DNA of 58,861 nt from Myxococcota bacterium (GTDB lineage: Bacteria; Myxococcota_A; UBA9160; PR03), in contig JANQRO010000273.1 in assembly GCA_028284525.1 (NCBI GenBank), positions 1 through 58,861 on the forward strand, in the 5' to 3' direction. Position numbers and translations under genes: made by a program. Of the stretch, positions 18,183 to 28,188 are shown piece by piece (position 1 is the first letter of the stretch; the number at the start of each line of letters is the position of its first letter). The notes under the pieces were generated by a model. The model had not been told where the DNA came from. It saw only the letters and a program-made list of their open reading frames with translations, and searched no databases.

Positions 18183-19205
18183 CTAAACTCCACCCGAGAA
18201 CTCGTAGGCGACGATGAGGCTGACTGCGTACAAGCCGATCAGCACGAACGAAACGAACCCAATGCGCCAGAATCGATGCGTGCTCCGTACCGCGATCGCG
18301 CCGAGCACGATCGCCTGCATAACAATCGCAGTCGCGGCCATAAAGATCGCCGACAACGCCTCGGCTCGTCCGGCGGCGTAGAAGAGCGCACCCCCAAGGA
18401 AGAACAGGTCCGCGACGCCGAGTAGCGGCAACAAGAACGCGTTGGCCCCGAGGACGTTCCCCAGCACCAGGTCGAGCTGACCACGGCGCGTCGACGCGAT
18501 GCCATTCGTGACCTCGGGCAGGCTCGTCACGATGCCGAGCATCGTTGCCCCGGCGAATGTCGCGCCCAGCGAGTAGCGTTCGGCAATGGCTTCTACGGTC
18601 ACGCCGAGCTGAAAAGCCGAGATGACGATGGCGCTTCCGACGGCAGCGAAGGCCCCGACCAAGACGACCGTCGACTTCGTTTCCCAGAAACCCGAAATGC
18701 TCGACTCCGTTGGAACGAAGCTCTGTTGGGCGAGCTTGTAGACGATGTATTGCCCGACGCAGTAAAGCAGCAGTATTGCGAGCGCCGTGATGCCGAGTGG
18801 ACCGATGCGAGGTCCCGTTGGTCCGAACAGTGCGACGTGGCCGAGGCCGATACCGTTGATGGCGAGCGCAAGCATCGCGATGCCGAGTAGGCCGGTGGCG
18901 ATATGGTTGGCGGAGAGCCGATCGTAAACCGCTTTTGGGCTCAGAACATCCATGATGACGAGGATGAATAGATTGAAAATGCAACTACCGAAGATGTTGC
19001 CGAGCGCGATGCCGACCGCGCCGCGGCCGGCGACCGTGGTCGTCGTAACCATTTCCGGAAGCGTCGTCGCCACCGAGAGCAGCACTGTACCCGCCCACGC
19101 CTGTCCGAGCTGAAGCCGGTCCCCGAGCACGCCGACGATGCGTCCGACGACCACGCCCGCAGCGATGACGACGATGGACCACAAAACGAAGGCAAGCCAA
19201 ATCAT
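18183..19205 (-). CDS. CaCA-family cation/Ca2+ exchanger (YrbG-like)
   Basis: Alpha-repeat motifs LSVATTLPEMVTT...GNIFGSCIFNL and GIVTSLPEVTNG...GNVLGANAF. GAGGAA precedes the ATG. Confidence 0.85.
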   Translation of the reverse strand: MIWLAFVLWSIVVIAAGVVVGRIVGVLGDRLQLGQAWAGTVLLSVATTLPEMVTTTTVAGRGAVGIALGNIFGSCIFNLFILVIMDVLSPKAVYDRLSANHIATGLLGIAMLALAINGIGLGHVALFGPTGPRIGPLGITALAILLLYCVGQYIVYKLAQQSFVPTESSISGFWETKSTVVLVGAFAAVGSAIVISAFQLGVTVEAIAERYSLGATFAGATMLGIVTSLPEVTNGIASTRRGQLDLVLGNVLGANAFLLPLLGVADLFFLGGALFYAAGRAEALSAIFMAATAIVMQAIVLGAIAVRSTHRFWRIGFVSFVLIGLYAVSLIVAYEFSGGV

Positions 19206-19958
19206 GGAGTTTCCTCAACTGCTTTCGTGCGATGCCCATAGTGGATATGCGACATGCATAGGTCGCGACGGAGCGTCGCCGGGCATCACTATCGTCCTCC
19301 GCGGCCCAGGTGGTCTCAGTTGCCCATCGACACTCCTAACCAAGTGGCCGACTGTCCGAAGGTGAGAGGTAAGTTACTCTGCCACAAGATCGCCAACTCC
19401 CAGACGCAGACCTTCGCAGACCTCTCCATCCAACCTGTCGAGCGCCAGGCACGACTTACCGCGATTGCGACGAGTACCTGGTACCGACTGCCCAGCCGCC
19501 GTTGCGTAGTGAATCGATGAAGCGGGTACCAACCCTGTTAGGGCCTCGGAACTTCGCGGTGTCGTGGTAGAGGCACGTTTCCCGATGCGGGGCATCGGCG
19601 CTTCGAAGCGATCGATGTCGCTGGCAACCGCTGTGGGAGCCCTCGATCTTGGCCGAGGCCAGGAGGTGCCCCGGGATGCTGTGGGCGCTGGGTTCTCGTT
19701 GAGCTCACACGTGCCTGATGGCCACGAGCAGGGCGATGCTCGGGAAGAGTCTGAGCATCCGGCTCGGGCAGCGGCGTTGCGCTATGAAGCACGAGGAGCG
19801 CGCCGCGGGTGGAACCTCCGCGATCATCCCGCGGGTTACCGCCGCGATCTCGGGACTGCCGTCGGAATCTAAGTCGCGTCTCGAGCGGTCGTTTCGGGCG
19901 CTCTCGGAGTGAGCCTACCTACCGGCGGGGCGACGCTATCCTACCTAGGAGTCGACCT

Positions 19959-20990
19959 GTGTTCGAATCCCTTGGCGCTAGCATCGTCGGCTTCGGCGTC
20001 GCCGCTGCGGTCATTTCGCTATGTGGCGTCGGGCTCACGCGGGTCGCTGACCGGCTCGCGGACCGTACCGGTTGGGGTGAAGCCCTGCTCGGCGGCCTGT
20101 TCCTGGCTGGCGTGACCTCTCTCCCCGACTTCGCGGCGACGCTGACGGCCGCGGCGAGCGGTCTCCCGGAACTCGCCCTCGGCAATTCGTTGGGTAGCGT
20201 CGCCGTCAACCTCGCCTTCCTTGGGGTGGGGGATCTGGCCTACCGCAAGGCGAACCTCGAGCATGCGGCGGCATCGTCGAGCAATCTGATCAACGCAACG
20301 CTTTCGATCGTGTTGCTGCTGTTTCCCCTGCTCGCAATGGTGACGCCGATGTTCGATGTTTGGGGCGTTCACCCCGTGAGCGCGGTGCTCCTTGCGGCCT
20401 ACGTGTTCGGCAATCGCCTGATCCGGGAGGACCGGCTTCGACCGATGTGGCGGCCGCGGCGAACGGCGCAAACCGTGAGTGACGAGCCTGAAACGGTCAC
20501 GCGCCGAGGCGAGACGACCCTCGCCGGGCTGTGGCTTCGCTTTGCAGCACTGGCAGCGGCCACCGCGCTTGCCGGCTGGGGGATGATGAACGCCGCTGAA
20601 ACTATCGTCGCCGAGACGGCTCTGTCGGAGACCGTCGTCGGCACGCTCTTCACTGCGTTCTTCACGTCGACGCCCGAGCTGGTGACGACGATCGCGGCGA
20701 TCAGATTCGGAGCGCTGACGCTCGCCGTGAGTAACATCGTGGGCACCAACGCTCTGACGGCGGTGGTGATTGCCGTCGCCGACTTCGTTTACGTCAGCGG
20801 CTCGATATACCACGCGGTGGCGGCAGCGCAACAGCTCTGGCTCGTGGTGGCGCTACTCATGACGGCGATCTTGTTACTCGGACTCCTGCGCCGGGAGCGC
20901 TACGGGATCGGTCGGATCGGCTTCGAGAGCTTCCTGATTCTGCTGATCTACCTGGCCGCCACGGCCAGCCTCCCGCTTATCGGCGATTGA
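19959..20990 (+). CDS. CaCA-family cation/Ca2+ exchanger, second paralog
   Basis: GTG at 19959 with AGGAG 7 nt upstream. Motifs are GVTSLPDFAATL...GNSLGSVAVNL and FFTSTPELVTT...SNIVGTNAL. Confidence 0.8.
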   Translation: MFESLGASIVGFGVAAAVISLCGVGLTRVADRLADRTGWGEALLGGLFLAGVTSLPDFAATLTAAASGLPELALGNSLGSVAVNLAFLGVGDLAYRKANLEHAAASSSNLINATLSIVLLLFPLLAMVTPMFDVWGVHPVSAVLLAAYVFGNRLIREDRLRPMWRPRRTAQTVSDEPETVTRRGETTLAGLWLRFAALAAATALAGWGMMNAAETIVAETALSETVVGTLFTAFFTSTPELVTTIAAIRFGALTLAVSNIVGTNALTAVVIAVADFVYVSGSIYHAVAAAQQLWLVVALLMTAILLLGLLRRERYGIGRIGFESFLILLIYLAATASLPLIGD

Positions 20991-21111
20991 CCGGGCTTCG
21001 TATCCGGATTCCAGTACGCGGGCGGCCGGAGACCCATAGAGACGTTCTGGGTTGCAGAGACCGGATCAGCGCTGACTGCCTCATCGCCTCCCGGAACCGT
21101 CTCGACTGGCA

Positions 21112-21782
21112 TGGCCTGCGTTTGACCTGAAGAAGGGCCTCGAGCACGGCAAGCAGCGCTGCATCGCTCTGCTCGAGAGCCTGCGCTTCGGTCACCCTCT
21201 CGCGGTCGAGAATCCGGATGATCGCTACCCCGACCTGGACTTCGGGCCGGTGATCAGCGCGGAGAAGGCCGAGGAGCTGCACGGGTGCTACGAGGAAGGG
21301 GTGCGCTTGGGCGGAATCCCGTTGGCCCACCGCGCACTACAGGACGGACGCTTCCTGCCGAATCAGGACGAATCGGCGTACGTCGCTCCCGCAACAATCC
21401 TTGGGCCGCCGTCGTCCTGGTCGCTGCACCGTCGCGAACCCTTCGGCCCGCTTGACTCGATCGTCGTCGTCGGCTCCGAGCCTGAGCTCATTGCGGCCAT
21501 GAACGCCTCGAACGGCGCGTGAGTGTCGTCGATCGCCACAGACGACGAGGCGCTCGCACACCGCGTCGCAGAGGAGCTGCAAGCCAACGGACCGCGCTCG
21601 CGCGGCGACCGCGACGAGGTCTTCGGCGGCAAGGGAGCTTCTTGGAAAGGGGCTTCGTGGGGGGCGACCTGCTCGTGCAAGCGGTCACCCGCCCTGCAAA
21701 CGGCTCGAGCTACACCCTCTTCGGCAACTTCCCGACGTACTCCCTCTATCCGGCGGGCGCGGGTCTAGCGGCAGGCGCATGA
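21112..21782 (+). pseudogene. Aldehyde dehydrogenase C-terminal relic
   Basis: Reads ...DFGPVISAEKAEELH...REPFGPLDSIVVVGSEPELIAAMNASNGA*VSSIATDDEALAHRVAEELQA...EVFGGKGASWKG/FVGGD. There is an in-frame TGA at 21520-21522 and a frameshift near 21650. The N-terminal half of an ALDH is missing. Confidence 0.7.
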
Positions 21783-21833
21783 ACCGTTGAGGACGGTCGC
21801 TCAGGGGAAGGCGGAGCGCGGCGATCCCGCGGG

Positions 21834-23069
21834 CTACTCCGCCGGCTCCTCCGGACGGACCGCGACCCGCGGAATTCGCGTTCCGGACACCTCCAGCACA
21901 GTGAGAAGGTAGGCGCCGGCCGAGACGTGGTCGTCTTTGAGCGGCGCGCGACCCAAGGCGTTGAAGACAAGTCCGGCCATGGTGTCACCTGGTTCTGCCG
22001 GGATCTCATAACCCGTCGCCCGGTTGAAGTCGAGTACGGAGACGCGTCCCAGGCACTCGTAGCCGCTGGCTGTGCGCCGGATCGCCTGGAGCTCCTCGCG
22101 GTCGAATTCGTCGCGGATCTCCCCGACGATCTCCTCCAAGATATCCTCCTGCGTCAGCATTCCCCGGGTCAAACCGTTCTCATCCTTCACGATCGCCATG
22201 TGGATAAAGCTTTTTTGCATGTCGGCAAGAAGCTGCAGGATCGGTTTGCGCTCCGGCACCCGGAGCACCGGCTTGATGATGTCGCTGAGTGAGTGTCCAC
22301 CCGAACGGACGAGCTTGGTGAGGTCTTTCAGATGAACGAGACCGGCGATCCGATCGATCGTGTCCTGGTACACCGGAACGCGGGTGTACCGCTCTTCCAG
22401 CAGGTTCTCGAGGAGCTCTTCAGGAGGCGTGTCGAGCGAGAAGGTCACGATCTCCGGGCGCGATACCATGATCTCCCCCGCCGTTCGCTCCGACGCGGTC
22501 GCGGCTGCTCCCATAATGGCTAGAGGGTTGCCGTCGCCGAGCTCGAGCCGCGCGCTTCGCGCCATCCGAAGGATCTCCTCCACGGAGGTGCTCTCGTCCG
22601 CGTGTCCGGCGACGCGTTCGACCAGGGGATCCACAACCCGGTCAAAGAGGTAGTGCACCGGTCGCAGAGATTGGTGGAGCAGGTAGAGCGGAATCCCAAC
22701 GATGCGCGACACACCCGATGGGTGGGCGGCGGCGACTGCTTTGGGAAGGATTTCGCAGAACACCAACACCACCACGGTCATCGCAACGGTCGAGACCGCG
22801 ATTCCGAGTTCCGGGCCGAGGGTCGCGACAGCGGTGGCCGACGCCAACGAAGCGGCGAGGATATTGACCACGTTGTTGCCAAGGAGGATCGTGACGAGCA
22901 GACGAGACGTGGAGGCGAGGAGCTCGCGAATCGCGGCTGTCGCCGGCCCCGGCCGATCCGGGTCGTCCGGTGTGAGATCGGCCTCGCGGAGACGAAGAAG
23001 GGCGGTCTCGCTCCCAGAGAAGAACGCTGAGAGCACGAGACAGCCCGCGACGATGGTGATCGAAATCAA
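21834..23069 (-). CDS. CorC/HlyC (CNNM) family transporter: DUF21, CBS pair, CorC_HlyC
   Basis: Shows LSAFFSGSETAL, a CBS pair (IMVSRPEIVTF...MAIVKDENGLTRGMLTQEDILEEIVGEI) and the C-terminal transporter-associated domain. The TTG at 23069 (GGAGA upstream) is chosen as start. The N-terminal 87 aa of the track ORF are Arg-rich and improbable. Confidence 0.8.
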   Translation of the reverse strand: MISITIVAGCLVLSAFFSGSETALLRLREADLTPDDPDRPGPATAAIRELLASTSRLLVTILLGNNVVNILAASLASATAVATLGPELGIAVSTVAMTVVVLVFCEILPKAVAAAHPSGVSRIVGIPLYLLHQSLRPVHYLFDRVVDPLVERVAGHADESTSVEEILRMARSARLELGDGNPLAIMGAAATASERTAGEIMVSRPEIVTFSLDTPPEELLENLLEERYTRVPVYQDTIDRIAGLVHLKDLTKLVRSGGHSLSDIIKPVLRVPERKPILQLLADMQKSFIHMAIVKDENGLTRGMLTQEDILEEIVGEIRDEFDREELQAIRRTASGYECLGRVSVLDFNRATGYEIPAEPGDTMAGLVFNALGRAPLKDDHVSAGAYLLTVLEVSGTRIPRVAVRPEEPAE

Positions 23070-23395
23070 GTCTTCTCCGATCGAGTGAAGAGCGGCGCGG
23101 GCTCGACGGAGAACGAGCGCCAGTCTGGCACGCCCACGTCGATCGACGCTTCTCGATTCGCAGCGAGCCGTTGGCGTTGTCGGAGCTCGCGAGCCCGATC
23201 TTAGCGCGGGCCATTTCGGTACCGGTCGCGCGCGCATCCACGGGTGGAAGACAGCAGCGGTCCTGTGCGAAGGGCAGGCTTCTCTGACGCGCACCGATGC
23301 CCCAGCTTGAGGCGTGTTGCCTCCGGGCACCCGCCGAAGAAGACACCTCCCCGAAGGAGTGGGGCGAAGACTGGCACCGATCTTGCGAAGCTAAG

Positions 23396-24838
23396 ATGCG
23401 CTTGAGCTGGAGTCACCGAAGGGCGAGAGCAAAGCGCCGATATCGAACGGAGCCGGAGGTAGCCTTGGCACGACCGCACCCTCTGGAGCGGATCCGACTC
23501 GCGTCGCTCCGGCGCTTGACCGGCTCGCTCGAGCATCTTGTCGAGACTCACCTCTGGGCGCGCGTGCTCGTGGGAATGGTGCTGGGTGTAGCCGTGGGGG
23601 TCTTCTTGGGCCCCTCCGTCGGGCTGGTGCCAACCACCGTCGCGGCGCCGCTGGTGAGCTGGGTGGCCCTACCGGGTGCGCTCTTTCTCGCGCTGGTCCA
23701 GATGATCGTAGTCCCGCTGGTGTTCTCCTCGGTGGTCCGCGGTCTGGCGGCCGGAGAAAACGTCCAGCAACTCCGGCAACTCGGCTTGGGAGGAGGGGCG
23801 TTCTTCGTCGTGACTACCGCGGTTGCGACGATGGTCGGCTTGGGGTTGGCCCTGCTGATCCGACCTGGCGCGTTTCTCGATGCCTCGGTGATCCGGGCAG
23901 CGATGGTGAACGAAGTCACGCTCCCGTCCGAGGTTCCTCTCCGCCCGGGCTTCACCCAGCTCCCGGAGTTGATGATCGGTCTCCTGCCGTCGAATCCACT
24001 CGCGTCGATGGTGGGAGGCGAGATGCTACAAGTGATCCTGTTCGCGATCGTGATCGGGATCGCCCTGGTCAACCTTGCCCCCGAGAAGTCGGCCCCGCTC
24101 TTCGACCTACTGGGTTCTCTACAAGAAGTGTGTATGACGGTTGTCGCGTGGGCGATGCGCCTGGCACCGTTTGCCGTATTCGGGTTGATCGCGCGTCTCA
24201 CGGCGACCGTCGGGATCGAGGTGCTGGGCGGGATGGCCGTCTACGTCCTCACCGTCCTCCTGGGTCTAGCGCTCATGATGGCCCTCTTCGTGGTGTTGGC
24301 CGTCGCGCTGGGCGGGGTACGCCCGACGTCGTTTCTCGGATCCGTGCGTGAAGTCGTCCTGCTCGCCTTCTCGACGTCGAGCTCCGCCGCCGTCATGCCG
24401 TTGTCGATCCAGACCGCCGAAGAGAAGCTCGGTGTGCGGCCGTCGATCGCCCGGTTTCTCGTGCCCTTGGGTGCGACGGTCAACATGAACGGCACAGCTC
24501 TCTACCAAGGCGTCGCCACGGTCTTCTTGGCGCAGGTGTTCGAGGTGCCGCTCGGCGTGTTCGGACTGCTGCTGGTCGTGGTCACGGCCGTCTCGGCGTC
24601 GATCGGATCCCCCGCGACCCCGGGCGCGGGAATCGTCATTCTCGCGATGGTTCTCGAGGGAGCTGGAATCCCGACGGCTGGGCTCGCGCTCATCCTGGGT
24701 GTCGACCGAATTCTCGACATGAGCCGCACGGCCGTCAACGTGACGGGTGATCTCACCGCCTGCGTGGTCGTGCATCGCTGGGCCGGCGAGGCCCCACGCG
24801 AGGCGCCGGAGGTCGCTTCGGACCCGGACGTCGAGTGA
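23396..24838 (+). CDS. Dicarboxylate/amino acid:cation symporter (DAACS, GltP-like)
   Basis: Shows QMIVVPLVFSSVV, SSAAVMPL and LGATVNMNGTALYQG motifs. The start is uncertain: ATG 23396 or TTG 23516. Confidence 0.85.
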   Translation: MRLSWSHRRARAKRRYRTEPEVALARPHPLERIRLASLRRLTGSLEHLVETHLWARVLVGMVLGVAVGVFLGPSVGLVPTTVAAPLVSWVALPGALFLALVQMIVVPLVFSSVVRGLAAGENVQQLRQLGLGGGAFFVVTTAVATMVGLGLALLIRPGAFLDASVIRAAMVNEVTLPSEVPLRPGFTQLPELMIGLLPSNPLASMVGGEMLQVILFAIVIGIALVNLAPEKSAPLFDLLGSLQEVCMTVVAWAMRLAPFAVFGLIARLTATVGIEVLGGMAVYVLTVLLGLALMMALFVVLAVALGGVRPTSFLGSVREVVLLAFSTSSSAAVMPLSIQTAEEKLGVRPSIARFLVPLGATVNMNGTALYQGVATVFLAQVFEVPLGVFGLLLVVVTAVSASIGSPATPGAGIVILAMVLEGAGIPTAGLALILGVDRILDMSRTAVNVTGDLTACVVVHRWAGEAPREAPEVASDPDVE

Positions 24839-25090
24839 CTGGAACCGAGGCCGGCCGCCGGGGTCAGCGCCGGCTCCGTGCCACCCGCGCGTCGTCGATC
24901 GCGCACGCTCTGTCCCTCCGATGGGCGCGCGCGGCGCGCCGAGACAACGCTTCTAGAAGTCGCGTCGCCAAAACAGGCCGACACCCGATTCCCCGCTCGA
25001 GCGCTGCTCGCCAACTGGCGGATGGGTTCCGCCCTGGAGAAGCGCCATACCGAGCGCCAGAAGCGCTGCCCGGACACCTTCTCTAGAGTG

Positions 25091-26399
25091 CTAGAGCGAG
25101 GTCATCAGCATCGTGGCGATGCCGAGGAAGCTGAAGAATCCGACGATATCCGTGACGGTGGTGAGAATGATCGAGGACGATTGTGCGGGATCCTGCCTCA
25201 GGAGCGTCAGGACCATCGGGATCGCTGCCCCGGAGATGCCGGCCAAGGTCATGGACAGCACCATCGAGATCCCGATCACCAGTGCGAGTCCGAGCGAGCG
25301 ACTCCACGCGTAGACGGCCAGGGCCGTGGTGAGCGCGACCGCAACCCCGTTCCCCGCACCCGCAAAGCCCTCCTTCACCACGACACGCGCCCAGTGACGC
25401 AGCCGTACTTCCCGTAGCGCGAGCCCGCGCATCGTGACAGCGAGCGCTTGGGCGCCTGTATTCCCCGATTGTCCAGCGACCACCGGGAGGAGGACCGCGA
25501 GCGCGGTGACGCTTGCGATGGTGTCCTCGAAGAGGCCGACCACGGACGCAGCGAGGAACGCCGTCAAGAGATTGATCTGCAACCAAGGAAGCCGTTTGCG
25601 GATCGCGAAGAAAGGGGGGGGAGAGCGCGCGCTCCTGTTCACTCGCGCCAACCATCGTGACGGCTCCAGCGGTCGCTTCCGCCTGGGCCGCTTGGATCAG
25701 TTCTCGTTGGCGCAACACACCTTGGAGACATCCTTCGTGATCCACCACCGGCAAACTCGCGACGCGGTGGCTCTCGAACACCTCGAGAATCTCCTCGCGG
25801 GACGCGATCGTCTGCACTGAGACCGGTGCAGTGGAGACCAGAGTGCTGAGCTGTGCCTTGGCGTCTGCCGCGATGACCGAATCAAGAGGGACGGTCCCCA
25901 CGAGCCGGGTCTCTTCGTCGACGAGAAACACATCCTGGATGTGGCGACCGCGATAGCGACGAAGCGCACGCACGACGTCGCGGATCACCGCATCGGGGCG
26001 AAAACTTGTGGCCCGCGGGTCCATCAGCGCACCGGCCGTGTCTCCAGGATACTCCATCAGCTCGCGGAACTCGCGCGCGAGCCCTGGGTCAACGAGCTCT
26101 AGGCACGCGTCGCGCTTCTCGGCGTCGACCCGCGACAGCAACGCCGCCGCGCGAGCTGGATTGAGATCGCGAAGAACGGATGCCGCGCGATCCGCAGGCA
26201 GTGCCGCCAGAGTATCCGCTGCCGTGTCGGGTGTGAAGCGTCGGAACGCCGCGACGGTGATCGCGAGCGGTTGCGCGCCGAGAAACATCGCGATCTCTTG
26301 CCCGTTCGCCGATTCCATAAGCGAAACCGCTTCGTCGGGGGACTCCCGGAGCAAAAGGTTGGCGAGGTCGCGATCGATGCTCGAGTTCTTACGCGCCAT
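25091..26399 (-). pseudogene. mgtE: Mg2+ transporter MgtE, interrupted by a +1 frameshift in a C8 homopolymer
   Basis: The N-domain and CBS pair are in the frame of ORF 25083..26399 up to ...ERALSPP. The TM domain (FFAIRKRLPWLQINLL...PVVAGQSGNTGAQALAVTMRG...) is in the frame of ORF 25091..25651. Removing one C from the run restores a 435-aa MgtE. Confidence 0.8.
25614..25621. repeat. G8/C8 homopolymer at the mgtE frameshift
   Basis: aaa-gggggggg-agag on the + strand. This is exactly where the reading frame switches. Confidence 0.9.
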
Positions 26400-27219
26400 G
26401 GTTCCCGTCCTCGCGGTCGGCCCCTCGGATCGCCTCGAGCACGGCAGCCGCGCCCACCGTCAACAGCGTTCCCAAAGCCGCCCCGGTGTCGTCGTCTCGC
26501 CGTTTCGGAAGGATCTCGTTCTCCAGCTCGCGCAGCGTTCGATACCGGACCGCTCCCAGGTATCGCCCGTCGTCGTCGACGACCGGGAGAGACGCGACGC
26601 GCTGCCAGGCCGGGTGGGCGAGGAGGGTGGCACGGTCGGCGGCGGCGGTGATCCGCATCGGATCGCGGACCATCAACTCCGAGAGCAAGTCGCCCGCACG
26701 CGCTCGCAGGAGCTCCCGGAGATTCAGAACCCCGACCAGGCGTTGTTCGCGATCGACGACATAGAGGTTGTAGCGCGCGAACGAGGCGGCCTCGCGAACA
26801 CGCTGAAGCGCCGAGCGCGCCGTAAGGTCGCTCGGGAGTGCAAGGACTTCCGGATCCATGACCGCACCTGCGCTGTCTGGTCGCGAGTCGAGGAGCGTTT
26901 GGAGTCGTTGAGCGGCGCGCCGATCCAGCTGGGCGAGGATAGTTTCGCGATCGTGGGGGTCGAGCGGTCGGAGGAGTCGTGCAGCTACGCTCGGCTCGAG
27001 AGCAGCCACCAGCTCGGCGCGCCGCGCGTGTGCAAGCACGCTCACAACGCGCCGAGCGATCTCTGGAGACAGGCTCATCCACACCGCGGCGGCTTTCGGC
27101 GCCGGGCCGTGGGAGAGCGCGACGGCGATCTCATCGGGCGAGCGGCGCTCCAAAGTTGCGGCTGCGCGCGATGGGTATCGCTCGAATACGTGCTCCGAGA
27201 GCCTTCTCTCCAGTGCCAC
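26389..27219 (-). CDS. Stand-alone MgtE_N plus CBS-pair protein (no membrane domain)
   Basis: GTG at 27219 with GGAGGA 8 nt upstream. Shows MgtE-N-like helices and a CBS pair (AVMDPEVLALPSD...YVVDREQRLVGVLNLRELL...LPVVDDDGRYLGAVRY). The stop overlaps the mgtE start. Confidence 0.7.
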   Translation of the reverse strand: MALERRLSEHVFERYPSRAAATLERRSPDEIAVALSHGPAPKAAAVWMSLSPEIARRVVSVLAHARRAELVAALEPSVAARLLRPLDPHDRETILAQLDRRAAQRLQTLLDSRPDSAGAVMDPEVLALPSDLTARSALQRVREAASFARYNLYVVDREQRLVGVLNLRELLRARAGDLLSELMVRDPMRITAAADRATLLAHPAWQRVASLPVVDDDGRYLGAVRYRTLRELENEILPKRRDDDTGAALGTLLTVGAAAVLEAIRGADREDGNHGA

Positions 27220-27312
27220 GAGCTCGATCCTCCACGCAGGCGGGCAATGATACGCTATCGCCCGCGCGGGAAGTCGATCCTGACTCCGCGGCGAGCGAGA
27301 GAAACATACACG

Positions 27313-28143
27313 ATGGACCAAATGTTCGATCTGGCCACATGGCGCGAGGTAGTGGTTCGTTCCTTGTCCGAGCTCGGAGTGAGCCTCGCAACGTTTCTTC
27401 CCAGCCTGGTAGGTGCTCTGACTCTATTGGCTGTTGGGTGGCTGGTGGCGCGTCTGCTGGAGGTGGTCGCGAGAAGGGGACTAAGCGCCGTAGGCATCGA
27501 CCGTGCGGCGGCGCGGCTCAGGCTCGACCAAGGTCTCGAGCGTGCGGAGGTTGGTCTTAGCGTCTCCCAGCTCATATCCCGGCTAGTGTTCTGGCTGGTT
27601 TTTCTCGTCTTCCTGCTTTCAGGCATCGAAGCGCTGGGTTTGAGTGCCGTTACGGCGACGCTCGATCGTCTCATCTCCTTCATCCCAAACGTGATCGCCG
27701 CGTTTCTCATCGCTATCGGTGGCCTCGGCCTGGGTCGATTCGTCGCGACGCTGATCACGTCGAGTTCAGCCGCGTTCGGTTTCGCGAGCGCACAGCGATT
27801 GGGCGTCGCGGCCCAGGTCCTCGTCGCGGGCCTCGCGATTTCGATCGCTCTCGAGCAACTCGGGATCGACACCGACTTGCTCTTGGTTCCTTTCACGGTT
27901 CTCCTCGCCACCGCGGGTTTCGCGATGGGACTCTCCTTCGCACTAGGCGCTCGGCCCTTGGTCACGCACATTCTCGCCGGGCATTTTTTGAAGCAATCGC
28001 TTCCGCGAGACCGTGTGGTAGAGATCGATGGACGAAGAGGCTTTGTCGAACGAGTGGGAGCAATCGACACCTTGCTCCGCGATGGCGAACAACGATGGAG
28101 CGTCCCGAACGGCGAGATTCTCGAACGCGTTGTGGTTCGATGA
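27313..28143 (+). CDS. Mechanosensitive-channel-like membrane protein (TM-helix repeats plus a short beta domain)
   Basis: ATG at 27313. Several TM helices are followed by LPRDRVVEIDGRRGFVERVGAIDTLLRDGEQRWSVPNGEI, which resembles the start of the MscS beta domain. The rest of track ORF 26008..28143 is the antisense of the MgtE_N-CBS gene (26389-27219) and of the mgtE 5' end. Confidence 0.65.
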   Translation: MDQMFDLATWREVVVRSLSELGVSLATFLPSLVGALTLLAVGWLVARLLEVVARRGLSAVGIDRAAARLRLDQGLERAEVGLSVSQLISRLVFWLVFLVFLLSGIEALGLSAVTATLDRLISFIPNVIAAFLIAIGGLGLGRFVATLITSSSAAFGFASAQRLGVAAQVLVAGLAISIALEQLGIDTDLLLVPFTVLLATAGFAMGLSFALGARPLVTHILAGHFLKQSLPRDRVVEIDGRRGFVERVGAIDTLLRDGEQRWSVPNGEILERVVVR

Positions 28144-28188
28144 TAGTCGCGTCCGCTCTACGACGATCTCGCGACCGCGGCCGGCGTG

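Noticed and set aside
19955-19980. tRNA-like T-loop sequence GTTCGAATCC
   Set aside because: The flanking bases cannot form a T-stem (ctgtg versus ccctt), and there is no acceptor, D-arm or anticodon arm. It lies at the 5' end of the CaCA coding sequence.
20977-21330. 117-aa minus-strand ORF
   Set aside because: It is antisense to the aldehyde dehydrogenase relic and has no recognisable features.
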